Below, one piece after another: positions 12,107 to 25,633 of a stretch of DNA of 58,532 nt. The notes beneath the pieces are model-generated. The model was not told the origin of the DNA. It was given only the letters and a program-made list of their open reading frames with translations, and made no database searches. The stretch is taken from assembly GCA_000934665.2 (NCBI GenBank), contig JYFJ02002352.1, forward strand, positions 1-58,532, in the 5' to 3' direction. A program made the position numbers and the translations under genes. The stretch is from Catajapyx aquilonaris (lineage: Eukaryota). Position 1 is the first letter of the stretch. Every line of letters starts with the position of its first letter.

Positions 12107-13539
12107 TATTAGTCTTTTTATTTTAAAATAGAATACAGTGAGTCAGTGACACATAGCATTTAATGAATACTGGATGCAATAGACTGTGTCCATGAAACTT
12201 CAATTTTTTCTGTTACATGTCACAGAAACATGATTTAGTATGAAGATATTATTTTTATGGCAGAGTGCAACACTAGTATGGACAAGTGTCACTGCATATG
12301 TTGCAAGTATCATATTACAATGTGTCTTACAATGTACCGCAACAGCTTTTCAGGATGATGCATTTTGCCATAACTGATATGCAATCCTAGTTCTTTGGCA
12401 AGCTGCAGAAATTTCAGAAATTGGGCCATCATGGCCTGGGTGATACTTAGTTCATGTCCTATATTTAGGGAGTATTGTGTGTCCTGTAAGTACTAAACCA
12501 TGATCATGTTGACAGGGATCACCAATCTGTCTTGGAAAATTCATGAAGCCTCACATATGAACTGTTGTGGAGGACCTGCACTTAGGGACATGGTTTGCAC
12601 TTATGTGGTCTTTTCTTAAACTCTTTAAACTATGTTGGCACTGTCTCCAGAGTCAATAAAATTTTCCTGCACTTTTTTAATCGGTTCATTTGATCCATAA
12701 GAACACCTTTTTCCTTGCAATATAAGGCAGAATAATATTGTGAATATGAACCTGTTTTGGCCCATACTCCCTAGGGTTGTCACTTAGCAGGTTATGCAAT
12801 GGACAAAATAATGGTAGTCACATTTGTGATCATTTTCAATTATACGTACATCTCCATGCACAATATGTTATCAATCATGCAACTCATTAAAAGTACTCTA
12901 GCGTTAAAGATAAATACATTTTTTTAAAAAGCACGGCAGTCATTATTATAGGCCACACCTCATTACTCACAATGTGATAATGCATTAGAACACATTTTTA
13001 CAGTGTGAATTTATTTGGCAGATGTATAATTGTGTGTGATTGTATGACATTGGAACAAATACGATATTAGTGTATGTTTATTCATATATTGACAGGAAAA
13101 AAACTACTGGTTTGGTTGGTGAAGGTTCCATTTTGCGCTGTACAATATCCAGTGCATAAGTGAAGTAAAGAAACAGTTTCTCCTTACAATCAAAGGTATT
13201 GATCTTCCATTTAGTTTTATTATGGTGATTATTTTTTAATGCCAAATGGCATGCTTATACAAGTACATAACCTGTAAGATTGCCTTCCTGCAAGTATCCT
13301 ATGTCCCATTTCCTGCCCCTTTTTGCTTTGCATTAGTATAGATCTGCCAAAGCCCTTTGCAAGGGACTAGGCTATAATGGTTTAACTTCTGCTCATATAA
13401 ATTGTTCAGAGAGAGCCTGATGCTATTGCAGCATCATTCGTAGTTCCAAGCAGCTGCATTAGACATTTCCTATATTTAATTAGAGGCTGAACATGTGGTG
13501 ACTGTGGTATGTGTGATGAGAAAGAAAGCATCATAAAAA

Positions 13540-13781
13540 GTGAGTCAGTGTCACGCAAGGTTCTGCTGCACACCACATGCTCAATTCCTATACTCATCGA
13601 TATGCAAAGTCTTATTGTATATCCATATTTTGCTGAAGCTCACCAGGATGCCACGCAGCTGTGAAACTGTCAGTTGCTAGGAATAATTTCTGTTGCCAGC
13701 AATCCATTGTCATTTATTTTGTGATCGATATATTCACTCAACAACTGCAGGAGAAATTTTTGTTCGAGATTTTAGTCACTG
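13540..13781 (+). promoter_or_regulatory. Putative promoter and non-coding first exon of GMC1
   Basis: Homologous to ~17920-18140 upstream of GMC2; TGAGTCA site, TCAGTT initiator-like motif, donor G|GTGAGT at 13782, acceptor tttcag just before the ATG. Confidence 0.55.
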
Positions 13782-13789
13782 GTGAGTAC

Positions 13790-13873
13790 AATTGAATCAC
13801 TTTTTATAAGAAGGGAACAAGTCCAACTTAAGGTTATTGGACTTGTTCCCTTCTTATAAAAAGTGATTCAATT
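13790..13873. repeat. Perfect 37-bp inverted repeat with 10-nt loop
   Basis: AATTGAATCACTTTTTATAAGAAGGGAACAAGTCCAA (13790-13826) and its exact reverse complement (13837-13873). Confidence 0.95.
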
Positions 13874-13987
13874 ATTTATCCTACATCTCATTGTCAGTGT
13901 CATGTTTCTGAACTGAATGAGCTGGACATGGGTGCAATACAAACAAATGCCATACGGATCCAATATAGAGAATCTATTTCAGATACC

Positions 13988-16160
13988 ATGAAGGCAGTGA
14001 CTACTTTTGTCGCTTTGAGAGTATTCGTCTGGATGGTCGTGCTGTTGCCAACGAAGGCAGCAAATGATTGCGAGTATGACTTCATTGTGATTGGGGGTGG
14101 GTCGGCAGGTGCTGTGGTCGTCAACCGCCTGTCCGAGGTCTCAAGGTGGAGTGTATTGTTGCTGGAGGCAGGCGGGATTCCACCTTGCTGGACAGAAGTG
14201 CCCTACCTGGCCCCGAAGCTTCTCAAAACTAATGTAGACTGGGAGTACTACACAGAACCTGATAATGACACTTGCCTTTCCATGAGTAATAACGCTTCTT
14301 TGTGGTCTCGAGGGAAGGCCCTCGGAGGAACTAGCATTCTCAATGGGATGCAGTACATACGCGGAAATCATAAAGATTACGACAATTGGGAGTCCATGGG
14401 AAATTCAGGGTGGAACGCAAGTTCTGCCCTCTATTACTTCAAGAAGTCTGAAGACTTTCGCAACGGACAATTTTATTCGGACTGGCAGAAGCACCATGGT
14501 CGAGGTGGTGACTTGACCGTTCAGGCAAATGCCACTTTTAGCAGCAACATGAAAGCTGTCCTTTTGGAAGGCGCCAAAGAGATGAATATGTCCATAGGGG
14601 ATTGTAATGGAGAAAATCAGACCAGATTTATGCCCTTGCAAAGTAATACAAGGGATGGCAGAAGGTGCAGTACTCACAAAGCCTTTCTCAACTCGGAATC
14701 CTTTAGAAGAAGGAACAATGCTTATGTTGTCACATACGCCTTGGTGACAAAAGTTTTGATAAATGGTAAGTACAGCCAAGCACTCTTTACAGTACATGGT
14801 GCAAATAATGCAGATATTAATGACACATTTATTTTCAGAAAGCAGCAAAGCAGCTTATGGTGTAACGTTCAAGAAAAACGGGGTTTTGTATGATGTGACT
14901 GCCAAAAAAGAAGTCATCCTTAGTGCAGGCACCATTGGATCTCCGCAAATACTCATGCTTTCTGGAGTTGGTCCAAAGGATCACTTGGAAGATGTTGGTG
15001 TCCCTCTGGTCCTTGACCTGCAAGGAGTTGGGGAAAACTTGCAGGACCACGTGTCCACCATGATGGTCTTCACGGCCAACACAAACGGTAGTCTTGATCC
15101 GATCTCCGCCTTTAGCCCTGAGAGTGCCTTGGTAAGATCAACGTTTATATTTGCTGCCCCCTGCACATGCGAAATAGTGTAGTAGAAACATATTCTCAAT
15201 GTTTACTCTGCATTCTGTTCCACACAGAAATGGGCGACGAACCAATCAAGTCCACTGAATGTACCTTCTGCAATAGAAGTCATGGGGTTTCTTCATAGCA
15301 AGTACAGTAATGCTTCTGAGGATCGCCCTGACCTCCAGATCTTTGCAGCCGACACTTCATTTCTGACTGATCCCACTTCTATTATAATTCCACCTTTTTC
15401 CCTAACTGTAGAGGCCTACAGCTCAGTTTTTGGTGAAGCAATGTTCAAGAAGTCTCACATGATCTTTCCTGTGAATGTCCGACCGAAAAGCAGGGGATAT
15501 ATTAAGCTGAAGAGTTCAGATCCGGAGGAGTACCCAGCCATATATCCAAACTATTTTGACGTTGACCAGGACTTGAAGGTCCTGATTGAAGGCTGCCGTT
15601 TTGCATACAATCTCTCCAGAACCAATGCTCTTCAAAAAGTCAAGTCAACATTTTGGAAGAAACCGTATCCTGGTTGCAAGGAATTCGAGTTTGGAGATGG
15701 GTCAGGCTCCGACGAGTACTGGACCTGCATGTTGAGGCACATGACCATGACCCTTTGGCATCCTGTGGGCACCTGCAAGATGGGGCCTAACCCATCTGAG
15801 GGTGCAGTGGTTGACCCCAGGCTGAGGGTGCATGGCATAGATCGACTCCGAGTGGTGGATGCTTCCATCATGCCAGTGATAACAGCAGGAAACACAAATG
15901 GTCCTACTATTATGATTGGAGAGAAAGCGTCAGACATGATCAAAAACGACTGGAGTGACAGCATGGGAAGAGATGTGAACGCTGAAAGCGTGTATTGCCC
16001 AAATGCTCAACTCCTATGTGAATTACCCAAGTTTACACAAAACATGCCATTAGATGGCAGTATGTTTCAACCATATTTGCATAACAATTTATCTGCTCTG
16101 ACGCAGCTGACAAATATCATAAATCGGGCATGTTTTGAACCATTCCCTACTGGGAAATAA
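13988..16160 (+). CDS. GMC oxidoreductase 1 (glucose dehydrogenase [FAD]-like, secreted), ~667 aa; exons 13988-14765, 14839-15131, 15228-16160
   Basis: [15 protein letters not shown] motif, [60 protein letters not shown]; hydrophobic N-terminus. Confidence 0.95.
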
Positions 16161-16220
16161 TAAAAAAAACAACAGCCACCACCACAATAGCAACAACATG
16201 TTATTGTTGTAAATGATGGC

Positions 16221-16304
16221 GGTGGTGATCTCTATAGGTGGTGGTGGTGATCTCTATAGGTGGTGGTGGTGATCTCTATAGGTGGTGGTGGTGGTGGTGG
16301 TGGT
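16221..16304. repeat. 22-bp minisatellite (x3) grading into (GGT)n
   Basis: ggtggtgatctctataggtggt units. Confidence 0.9.
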
Positions 16305-18438
16305 TGAATATTATTAACTGCAGTATTTCAATTTTAGGGTGACGAAGTCTAGGAGGTTGCGTTGCCTCTCTTGTCAGCTGATCTATAGAGTTTGTCTAAA
16401 GTTTACCAGAAACTTTACTACACTATTTTGATTGAAAATATGGAAAATATTCTTAAATACTAATAGACTACATGATTATGCATTATGCAAAGGCTAACTC
16501 AATTTCGACCAAAAGGTGGTTGATTATACCTGACATAATGGATCACTTGTGTTATTGTTTATGACTTATTGGAATAAAAAGGTGTAGCCTGGTTTTGGTA
16601 AAATCGCTCATTGTTTTATTGTACTGTATATGAAGCAATAAAAGCAAGGAAAGCAGGTAATCCAACCCAATGGAGCAAGCCTACATCTCAAAATATAATT
16701 TTGGTGAGTACAATAGTCTAAATCTGAAGAATATTTTTGATGCTGAAATTAAAACACCGCAGGTAGCGAGAGGAAAACACTAAATTGCAGCTCCATTGTC
16801 ATTAAAAAGCAGAAAGAAGTTCGTAACCATTTAAATGGTATTGTATTGTTTAAGGCAAAATATAAATATTTGTGTAAAAATTAGTCACTCACCCTTCATG
16901 ATCCTTTTCGATATTGTGGAAGTTTTGTATACGAGCGCATGGACCAATACATGCTAAATATATTGTCAAAGGGAATGGTAAAGAAAATATATTGTTATCT
17001 TCAGATCATAATATACGATATTTATTTCCTATATTCTCTGGCGATGTCTGTTAATTTAGTGTAATGTTGCGACTTTTCATTACAATACCAAGAAAACAAT
17101 TTTCCCGGCTATAATTATCATAACGTTCAAAAGTTCCCCATGAGTTTATTTTTTATTAAACAAAATAATGTTATAAGCATAAAATACTCCCCGCACTTTC
17201 GCGATGTGCTGAGAATAAAATTCCCTCTTCACACTTTTACACACTTGATAGTATTAAATGAGTGTCTCAGGCGGTTATAATAATTACGCATTTTGTTCCA
17301 AATTACGAAAACACAGTTAATGCAGTATCGGAAATAGTCCCACATCCAATCAATGCACATTGTTTTACTTAACTTATGTAAAAATATCATTTTCCCATTC
17401 AAATCTTTATACACATTACAAAGATGGATTACACTTATTGGAGCGTACGTGTGGGAGTCACCACGATTCCGGCCCTACTACTGTAATAACTGTGTGCCAT
17501 CTTTGAAGAATCGTGCACTTATACGAGTACAATAAATTTCGCATGATCTCTCCTTTTGCTTCCGTCCGACAAAATTGTCCAAAAGAGAGCTCATACAAAC
17601 CAATTCATCCAAATACCACAGGCCCAGTTGTAGCTCCAGTGATGGCGTATTCATTCTTGCTGTTATGTTGATTATTATTTTGGACGAGGAGTGCAGCGTA
17701 TATCCTTGAACATTCCCTTGCAACATGCACATTGCACAACCTTCGCAGTTTGTGCAATGACATTATTATTGAGGTTTGAGATTGAAACAGTACTCACCTG
17801 CTGGAAGCCTCGACGGCATCTCTTTGATGTCCCACAGCTGCAACAGACATTTCCTCCATTTTTACAGGCCACAAGTGGTGACTGATATATGTGAATGTTG
17901 AAAGGGATAATAAAGAGATCAGTGAGTCAGTGTCAATGCAAGGTTCTGCCCCAGAGAACATTTCAATTGCTCAATTTCTGTATACATGGATATGTCAATG
18001 CTATTGTATATCCACATTTGCGGAAGCTCATCAGTTTGTCACACAGCTGTGAAGCTGTCGGTTGTTGGGAACGTGTCATCTGAATATTCACTCAACGACT
18101 GAAGAATTTTTTTTTTACTTAGACCATTTAATCCCTCATGGTAAGTGTAATTTACTCGACTTTCTTGTATCATGTCAGTTGGAACTATAGATGGACACAG
18201 GTGCATTACAAGCAAATGTCTTATGGATATAACAATAATTAGTCACATTTTCCCAAGTGTTCTAATCATAACATTCACTTTGGAACAGATTGCATTGTAT
18301 TGGGACACGTTTAGAAAATGTTAATAACTTATAATCATATTGCAACCTTTACAACAGACTGCACGCAGAAAGTTACGCATCTTGCGAATAAACACTTTCA
18401 ATTGCATATGGTGATATGTCGGATCTTTTCCAGATACC

Positions 18439-20626
18439 ATGAAGGCGATGACTACTTTTGTCGCTTTGAGAGCATTCGTCTGCATGGTTCTGATGTTGCC
18501 AACGAAGGCAACAAATGATTGCGAGTATGACTTTATTGTGATTGGGGGTGGGTCGGCAGGTGCTGTTGTTGTCAACCGTCTCTCCGAAGTCTCAGGGTGG
18601 AATGTGTTGTTGCTGGAGGCAGGCGGGGTTCCACCTTGCTGGACAGAAGTGCCCTACCTGGCCCCGAAGCTTCTCAAAACCAAAGTAGACTGGGCGTACT
18701 ACACAGAACCTGATAATGACACTTGTCTTTCCATGAGGAATAACGCTTCTTTATGGTCTCGGGGAAAGGCTCTCGGAGGAACTAGCATTCTCAATGGGAT
18801 GCAGTACATACGCGGAAATCAAAAAGATTACGACAATTGGGAATCTATGGGAAATTCAGGGTGGAACTCAAGTTCTGCCCTCTATTACTTCAAGAAGTCT
18901 GAAGACTTTCGCAACGGACAATTTTATTCGGACTGGCAGAAGTACCATGGTCAAGGTGGTGACTTGACCGTTCAGGCAAATGCCACTTTTAGCAGCAATA
19001 TGAAAGCTGCCCTTTTGGAAGGCGCCAAAGAGATGGGATCGTCCATAGGGGATTGTAATGGAGAATATCAGACCAGATTTATGCCCTTGCAAAGCAATAC
19101 AAGGGATGGCAGAAGGTGCAGTACTCACAAAGCCTTTCTCAACTCGGAATCCTTTAGAAAGAGGAACAATGCTTATGTTGTCACATACGCCTTGGTGACA
19201 AAAATTTTGATTAATGGTATGTACAGCCAAGCAATTATTTTCTTACAGTAGGTTATGCAAATAATACAGATACCGTTTTAATGACACATTTATTTTCAGA
19301 AAACAATGTAGCTTATGGTGTAACATTCAAGAAAAACGGAGTATTACGTAATGTGACTGCCAAAAAAGAAGTAATTCTTAGTGCAGGCACCATTGGATCT
19401 CCGCAAATACTCATGCTTTCTGGAGTTGGTCCAAAGGATCATTTGGAGAAAGTTGGTGTCCCTCTGGTCCTTGACCTGCAAGGAGTTGGGGAAAACTTGC
19501 AGGACCACGTGACCACCATGATGGTCTTCACGGCCGACACAGACGGTAGTCTTGATCCGATCTCCGCCTTTCGCCCTGACAATGTCTTGGTAAGATCAAA
19601 AATACTTTATTTGGCGAACCCAGCTGCTAAACTGTTGGAACATATTCTGAATATTTACCATGCCATCTGTTCATGCAGAATTGGGCGATGGATAAATCAA
19701 GTCCACTGAATGTACCTTCTGCAATAGAAGTCATGGGGTTTCTTCATAGCAAGTACAGTAATGATTCTGAGGATTGGCCTGACATTCAGATCTTTGCAGC
19801 CGACACTTCATTTCTGACTGATCCCACTTCTTTTGTACGACCTCCTTTTTCTCTTACTGTCAGGGCTTATAACTCCGTTTTTCGTAGAGCAATGTTCAAG
19901 AAGTCTCACATGATCTTTCCTGTGAATGTCCGGCCTAAAAGCAGGGGATATATTAAGCTGAAGAGTTCAGATCCCGAGAAGTACCCAGCCATATATCCAA
20001 GCTATTTTGACGTTGACCAGGACTTGAAGGTCCTGATTGAAGGCTGCCGTTTTGCATACAATCTCTCCAGAACCAATGCTCTTCAAAAAGTCAAGTCAAC
20101 ATTTTGGAAGAAACCGTATCCTGGTTGCAAGGAATTCGAGTTTGGAGATGGGTCAGGCTCCGACGAGTACTGGACCTGCATGTTGAGGCACATGACGATG
20201 ACCCTTTGGCATCCTGTGGGCACCTGCAAGATGGGGCCTAACCCATCTGAGGGTGCAGTGGTTGACCCCAGGCTGAGGGTGCATGGCATAGATCGACTCC
20301 GAGTGGTGGATGCTTCTATAATGCCGGTGATAACGGCGGGAAACACTCATGGTCCTACTGTTATGATTGGAGAGAAAGCGTCAGATATGATCAAGAAAGA
20401 CTGGAGTGACAGCATGCAACGAAATGTGGACGCCGAAAGAGTGCATTGTCCGAATGCTGCACGGCTTCGTGACTTACCCAAGTTTGCACAAGACCAGATG
20501 TTGAATGGCAGACAGTTCCAGCAGTATTTTCGGAGAAACTCATTTAATCTGAAGCAGCTGACAGATATCATAAATCAGGCTTGTTTTCAACCAGGCCCGT
20601 TTGGAATATTTTCCACTGGCAAGTAG
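18439..20626 (+). CDS. GMC oxidoreductase 2, ~671 aa; exons 18439-19216, 19300-19589, 19679-20626
   Basis: Near-identical to GMC1 with the same motifs and intron positions. Confidence 0.95.
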
Positions 20627-22393
20627 GCTAATACGTAATACTAGTATAATTATAGTGGTTTTTAAAAAGATTTCAGCAATTTCAACGCAAGTATGACCCA
20701 AGTTCAAAAATTCTTTTTTACTATTTTTTAAACTGTCACGTTGTTTAATGTCTATATAGTTTTCCATGAAATGTATTATTACAGGTCAAAATGTAGCAGA
20801 ATTTGTAAAATACATCGAAATTGATACGTTATACTATCCCTAACCATGTCCCAGAGAGCCAGAGTAGCGGACCCAGAAGATGCAAGAACTTGGTTCTTTA
20901 TACTTTTACGTGTTTTGATACCTAATTTCCTCTCATTTAAATGTGAACCTGTAACATTTACAGTAATTAAGGGTTTATCCACAACTCCTATGTTAATAAA
21001 GAGTGCTTGAAATTCTGAAAATAAAGTGGGTGGATATCTTGGCATACTGTGGAATAATAATTGCTCTGAACTCTAGATTCTAGAATGTTGCTCCCCGATC
21101 AACATACTACTGTAGCAGTAACTCTTAACCAGCAGTTTCTGCTGCATGTTAATCTTTTTACGTCAAATTGTACGTATGACAAACATTGTGAGACATGTCT
21201 TGGTTTGGCACCTTGCATTGGGGTATTAGGCTCTATTTGAAGACAACACACCAAAGAAACCAATTCTACATCCTAAATTTTATATCATTCATTGACTCCT
21301 TTTTATATCTATCGCAAATATTTGGGAGACATTGCAAGTAGGTTACACAAAACCATAATAACTGCTATTGTGTAACAGATTATCCGGCAATATCAGAAAC
21401 TACAGGGTTAAGAAAACTTAAACCTCAACTGGAAATAAAATTTCATCAGCAACCACCAAGGAAATAGTTGACAACTTGCATATGCGTTATGAGTGGCAAG
21501 AAGTTAATATAATAATGCAGTCGATTCATTAACAAAAACCATTAGGAAGTATTCAAAATTGGCTAGATATGATGGGTACCCTATATGAGAGGCTGTTGTC
21601 TGACAGTTCTCTAAGATACGTTGTGACAACATGTGTTTACTGCACTGACCCAGAAATGCAGTAGATAATACCGCCTCATTCTGATATTATTAAGTGTACT
21701 GTAAACATTGCTCTGGCACAGTGCGCACATAGCTGTACGATATATACACTGTCGTATATCCTTGCAGGTTATCATTTCACTGGTTGGCAGATTATTCAGG
21801 AAACAGTTTGGTGAGGAAGAGAGGTTCCTTATAAGCCGCTCACTGTGAATGTTTCTAACAATCGCTAACCACACTTGAGCAGACGTAATTATTATCAGGC
21901 ATCAAAGGTATCCGTAAGTAACTTACATACGAGATTGAGGTCAACTTTTTGAGGGCATTTGCACTTGGTCTGACACATAAATCGCAACTGTTTCCCTACC
22001 GGCATTATTTGAAGGCCTGGCAAAATGCCTTTTTCTAGATATTTTGAGGAGATATTATTAACAATCACAGAGAATCTCTTCTGAATACTCGTAGTTAATG
22101 TATCAGCTCTGGTGCAACCTGTCCTTAATATTTTTCTGGACTTACTCCTATTTCAAGAACCGGGAATACCGGAATAGTTTGGCATGCACTATTATACAAG
22201 TGGCATCATATTTTAAAGGACACGTATTTTAAGGATTTTAAGGACTCGTATTTTACCCCCAATTTAACCCCATCGCCATCACATTACCCTTTGTGCGAAA
22301 GAAAGTCTATGATGAATAATGTGACGCTGTAATAGTGTAATGCATGTGTGATTGCATAATATTTTATCTGTAGAAAAGAGCACTGTGGACCTG

Positions 22394-24580
22394 ATGAAGA
22401 TGACTTTGAGATATTCGGCTTATACCATCCTGGTGGCACTTGCATCGATAGGGATCAATGAGGGTTGCGATTTCGACTTCATAGTGGTGGGTGGTGGGTC
22501 AGCAGGTGCTGTTGTGGCCAACCGTCTTTCGGAGGTCACAGGATGGAGGGTGCTGTTGGTGGAGGCCGGTGGAATACCACCTTACATCTCCGAGGTTCCT
22601 TACTTGGTATTTCAGCTTCAAAAGACGGATATAGACTGGCAATATTACACCGAACCAGATGGAGTCACCTGCCTCTCTATGGAGAAAGGAGCATCGTTTT
22701 GGCCTCGAGGCAAAGTCCTCGGAGGAAGTAGTGTCCTCAACGCCATGCAATACGTTCGAGGAAATCCCAAGGATTACGACCGATGGGAGTCCCTTGGAAA
22801 CCCAGGATGGGACTACGAGTCTGTGCTGCCTTACTTCAAGAAGTCCGAAGACTTCCGGGACGGAGAAGCGTATCCTGACAGGGATCTGTACCATGGTGAA
22901 GGTGGTGATTTGACGGTGCAGGCTGAGACCAAGTACTCGACCAATATGCGCACGATATTTCTGGATAGTGCGCAACAGATGGGATATCCGACGGGAGATT
23001 GCAATGGAGAGACTCAGGTCAGATTCATGCCACTCTCAAGTACTACCAGAGATGGGAGGAGATGCAGTACCTATAAAGCTTTCCTGACATCGGCTCGATG
23101 GAGACAAAATCTTTACGTCGTCACTTACGCCAAGGTGACTAAGATTTTAATTGACGGTAAGTCCTCCAATCATTCAGTAGACCTCTACCTGTAGTCTGTA
23201 ACTGAGAAATGGAAAAATGCGCTGCCAATTAAAAAAGTTTTTTGTTTCTCCTGAAAGGCTCAGGTATATACTTTTGGCCATTTCTATTCTCACTGATTCA
23301 ACCATTACAGCACGGCATAACTTTACAAGTCAGTTTTGTATTGCAGAGAGCAGGACAGCATACGGTGTTGAATTCTTGAAAGATGGCGAGATGTATACGG
23401 TGATAGCAGAGAAAGAAGTTATTCTTAGTGCAGGAGCTATTGGGTCGCCACAGATACTCATGCTCTCCGGCGTAGGACCAAAGAAACACTTGGATGAAGT
23501 CGGTGTTCCATTCGTTCACGACCTTCCAGGGGTAGGGAAAAACTTACATGACCATGTGACTACGATGATGGTCTTCACGGCTGAAACAGATGGTCATCTT
23601 GACCCGGCATATGCTCTTCGGTATGACAATGTCTTGGTAAGTAAAGTATAAGTAATATTTCTAATTCATCAGCTAATGAGCAGCCTAAACCAACATTTTT
23701 CTCACGGCATTGCATACAGTTGTATGCAAATCCTATTGGTGAGAATTTGAACAAACCTCTCATTATTTATTAGGCTTGGGCGTATAAGAAGCCCAGCCCT
23801 CTCTCTGTTCCTGCTGCAGCGGAAGTCCTCGGTTTCATTAACACCAAATACAGCAATTCCTCTGAGGGTTGGCCTGACATACAAATAGTTCATACCAGCA
23901 CTTCCAGTGTGGTTGATCCTGCTTCAGCACAATATCCTCCATTTTCTCTGACCAAGAAGGATTATCTCGCAGTTTTTGGGGACGCTTTAGGACGGAGAAG
24001 CTTCGTCATATTCCCCATAAACTTACGTCCAAAAAGCAGAGGATACATCCAATTAAGAAGTTCAGATCCCGAGGAGCATCCAGCTATATATCCAAACTAC
24101 TTCGGAGATGAGCAGGATTTAAAGGTCCTGATCGAGGGATGCCGGTTTGCTTACGACATTTCAAGAACTGAAGCTATGCAGCTGATTAATGCTGCATTTT
24201 GGAAGAAACAGTACCCTGGTTGCGAAGAATTCGAATTTGGAGATGGGTCAGGCACCGAGGAGTACTGGACCTGCATGTTGAGGCACATGACCATGACTGT
24301 CTTCCACCCTGTTGGCACCTGCAAGATGGGGCCTGACCCCTCAGATGGTTCAGTGGTTGACCCTAGGCTGAGGGTGCACGGGATTGATGGCCTTCGAGTG
24401 GTGGATGCTTCCATCATGCCAGACATAGTTAGCGGAAACACCAATGCACCAACCATCATGGTCGCCGAGAAAGCATCGGACATGATAAAGGACGACTGGC
24501 TCTATGCCATTCGACAAAAAATAAACACAAACTTCTCATGTCCGGTAACTTCCACACTAGGAAAGTTACTGCTACTCTAA
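22394..24580 (+). CDS. GMC oxidoreductase 3, ~619 aa; exons 22394-23156, 23347-23636, 23774-24580
   Basis: [43 protein letters not shown]; signal peptide; same intron positions. Confidence 0.95.
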
Positions 24581-25633
24581 GAATTAAATGAGTCACATTG
24601 GGTTGTCCTGTGCGGCTGTGCCAAGTGATTTACAGAATCAATGTATTAAGATTTAAGTGAATGATAGAGCAGAAACAAAATGACACCCTGTAATAAAGTT
24701 ATCATATGAGTTCATCAAAAAGACTGTCTGTAATTTTTACTAAGAAACATCCAAAAGAATTCTACATATCGTGTACAATTTTGTCCGGATTAGATGTAAC
24801 TTTTTCGAGCAATAAATGCGCAGATACTTTACATGAAAAATTAAAGATGATCCCCACACTGCCAATTAAGTTACGCCAAATTTTTGAGACATAATTCTTG
24901 ACAATTTTGCGGGTGCAAAGCAATCTAAAGTGTGCCTACTGACCTACACTGATCATTCCAACATTGGAAAATCTAAAATAAAACTTTTTGAGTCTTCCAA
25001 TGAGCCCCCAATATTCTCTCAAAAAAATTATTACATTACTGACTAAATACTACAGCTGGAGTAAATATCCTCCCAACCCGAGGCAAAATGAGACCCCAAG
25101 TTACCCATGTCCAGAAATATCTGGCAAAACTGGATTCCGGTGTGGGGGTTAATGGGTGACTGACCGGGAGTGAGTGAGTCGGTGCAGATGGAATTCTCAC
25201 TTGGACATATCGAGTAATCTAGTTCAGTCTCACTTTCTCACTTACCTGCAAGCATTGGACTAGCTAGTGCAGACCTCCAGCTTGAGAAGGGCACCCAGAT
25301 AAACTCCAAGTACTGGTAGCAACAATAAGGTAATGTAGCCTAGACTCTGAGTTTTCCTAGTCGATAATTATTATTGTTTGGCTGATTGTCCCCTTAAATA
25401 ATAATAGCAAGAAGGTTATAAAAAATCGGTATGCTGACAGTTGCATAGCGCCAGGATACTTTTAGCCAAAACTGTTTTTTGACATAAGTTACCGGTATTT
25501 GGACATAAGTTATCTAAAATGTTTCTAGAAGTACTACCTCCATTTTTGGAAATGAACACTTCATACAGTAATAATTATGTAATTACACAATACTTTAACT
25601 GCAGATCCAATTCGCTCTCGACGACCTCAGAAA

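Noticed and set aside
20341..20352. GNTH instead of GNTN in GMC2 as an active-site change
   Set aside because: The catalytic partner is the first Asn, which is intact; His at this position occurs in other GMCs
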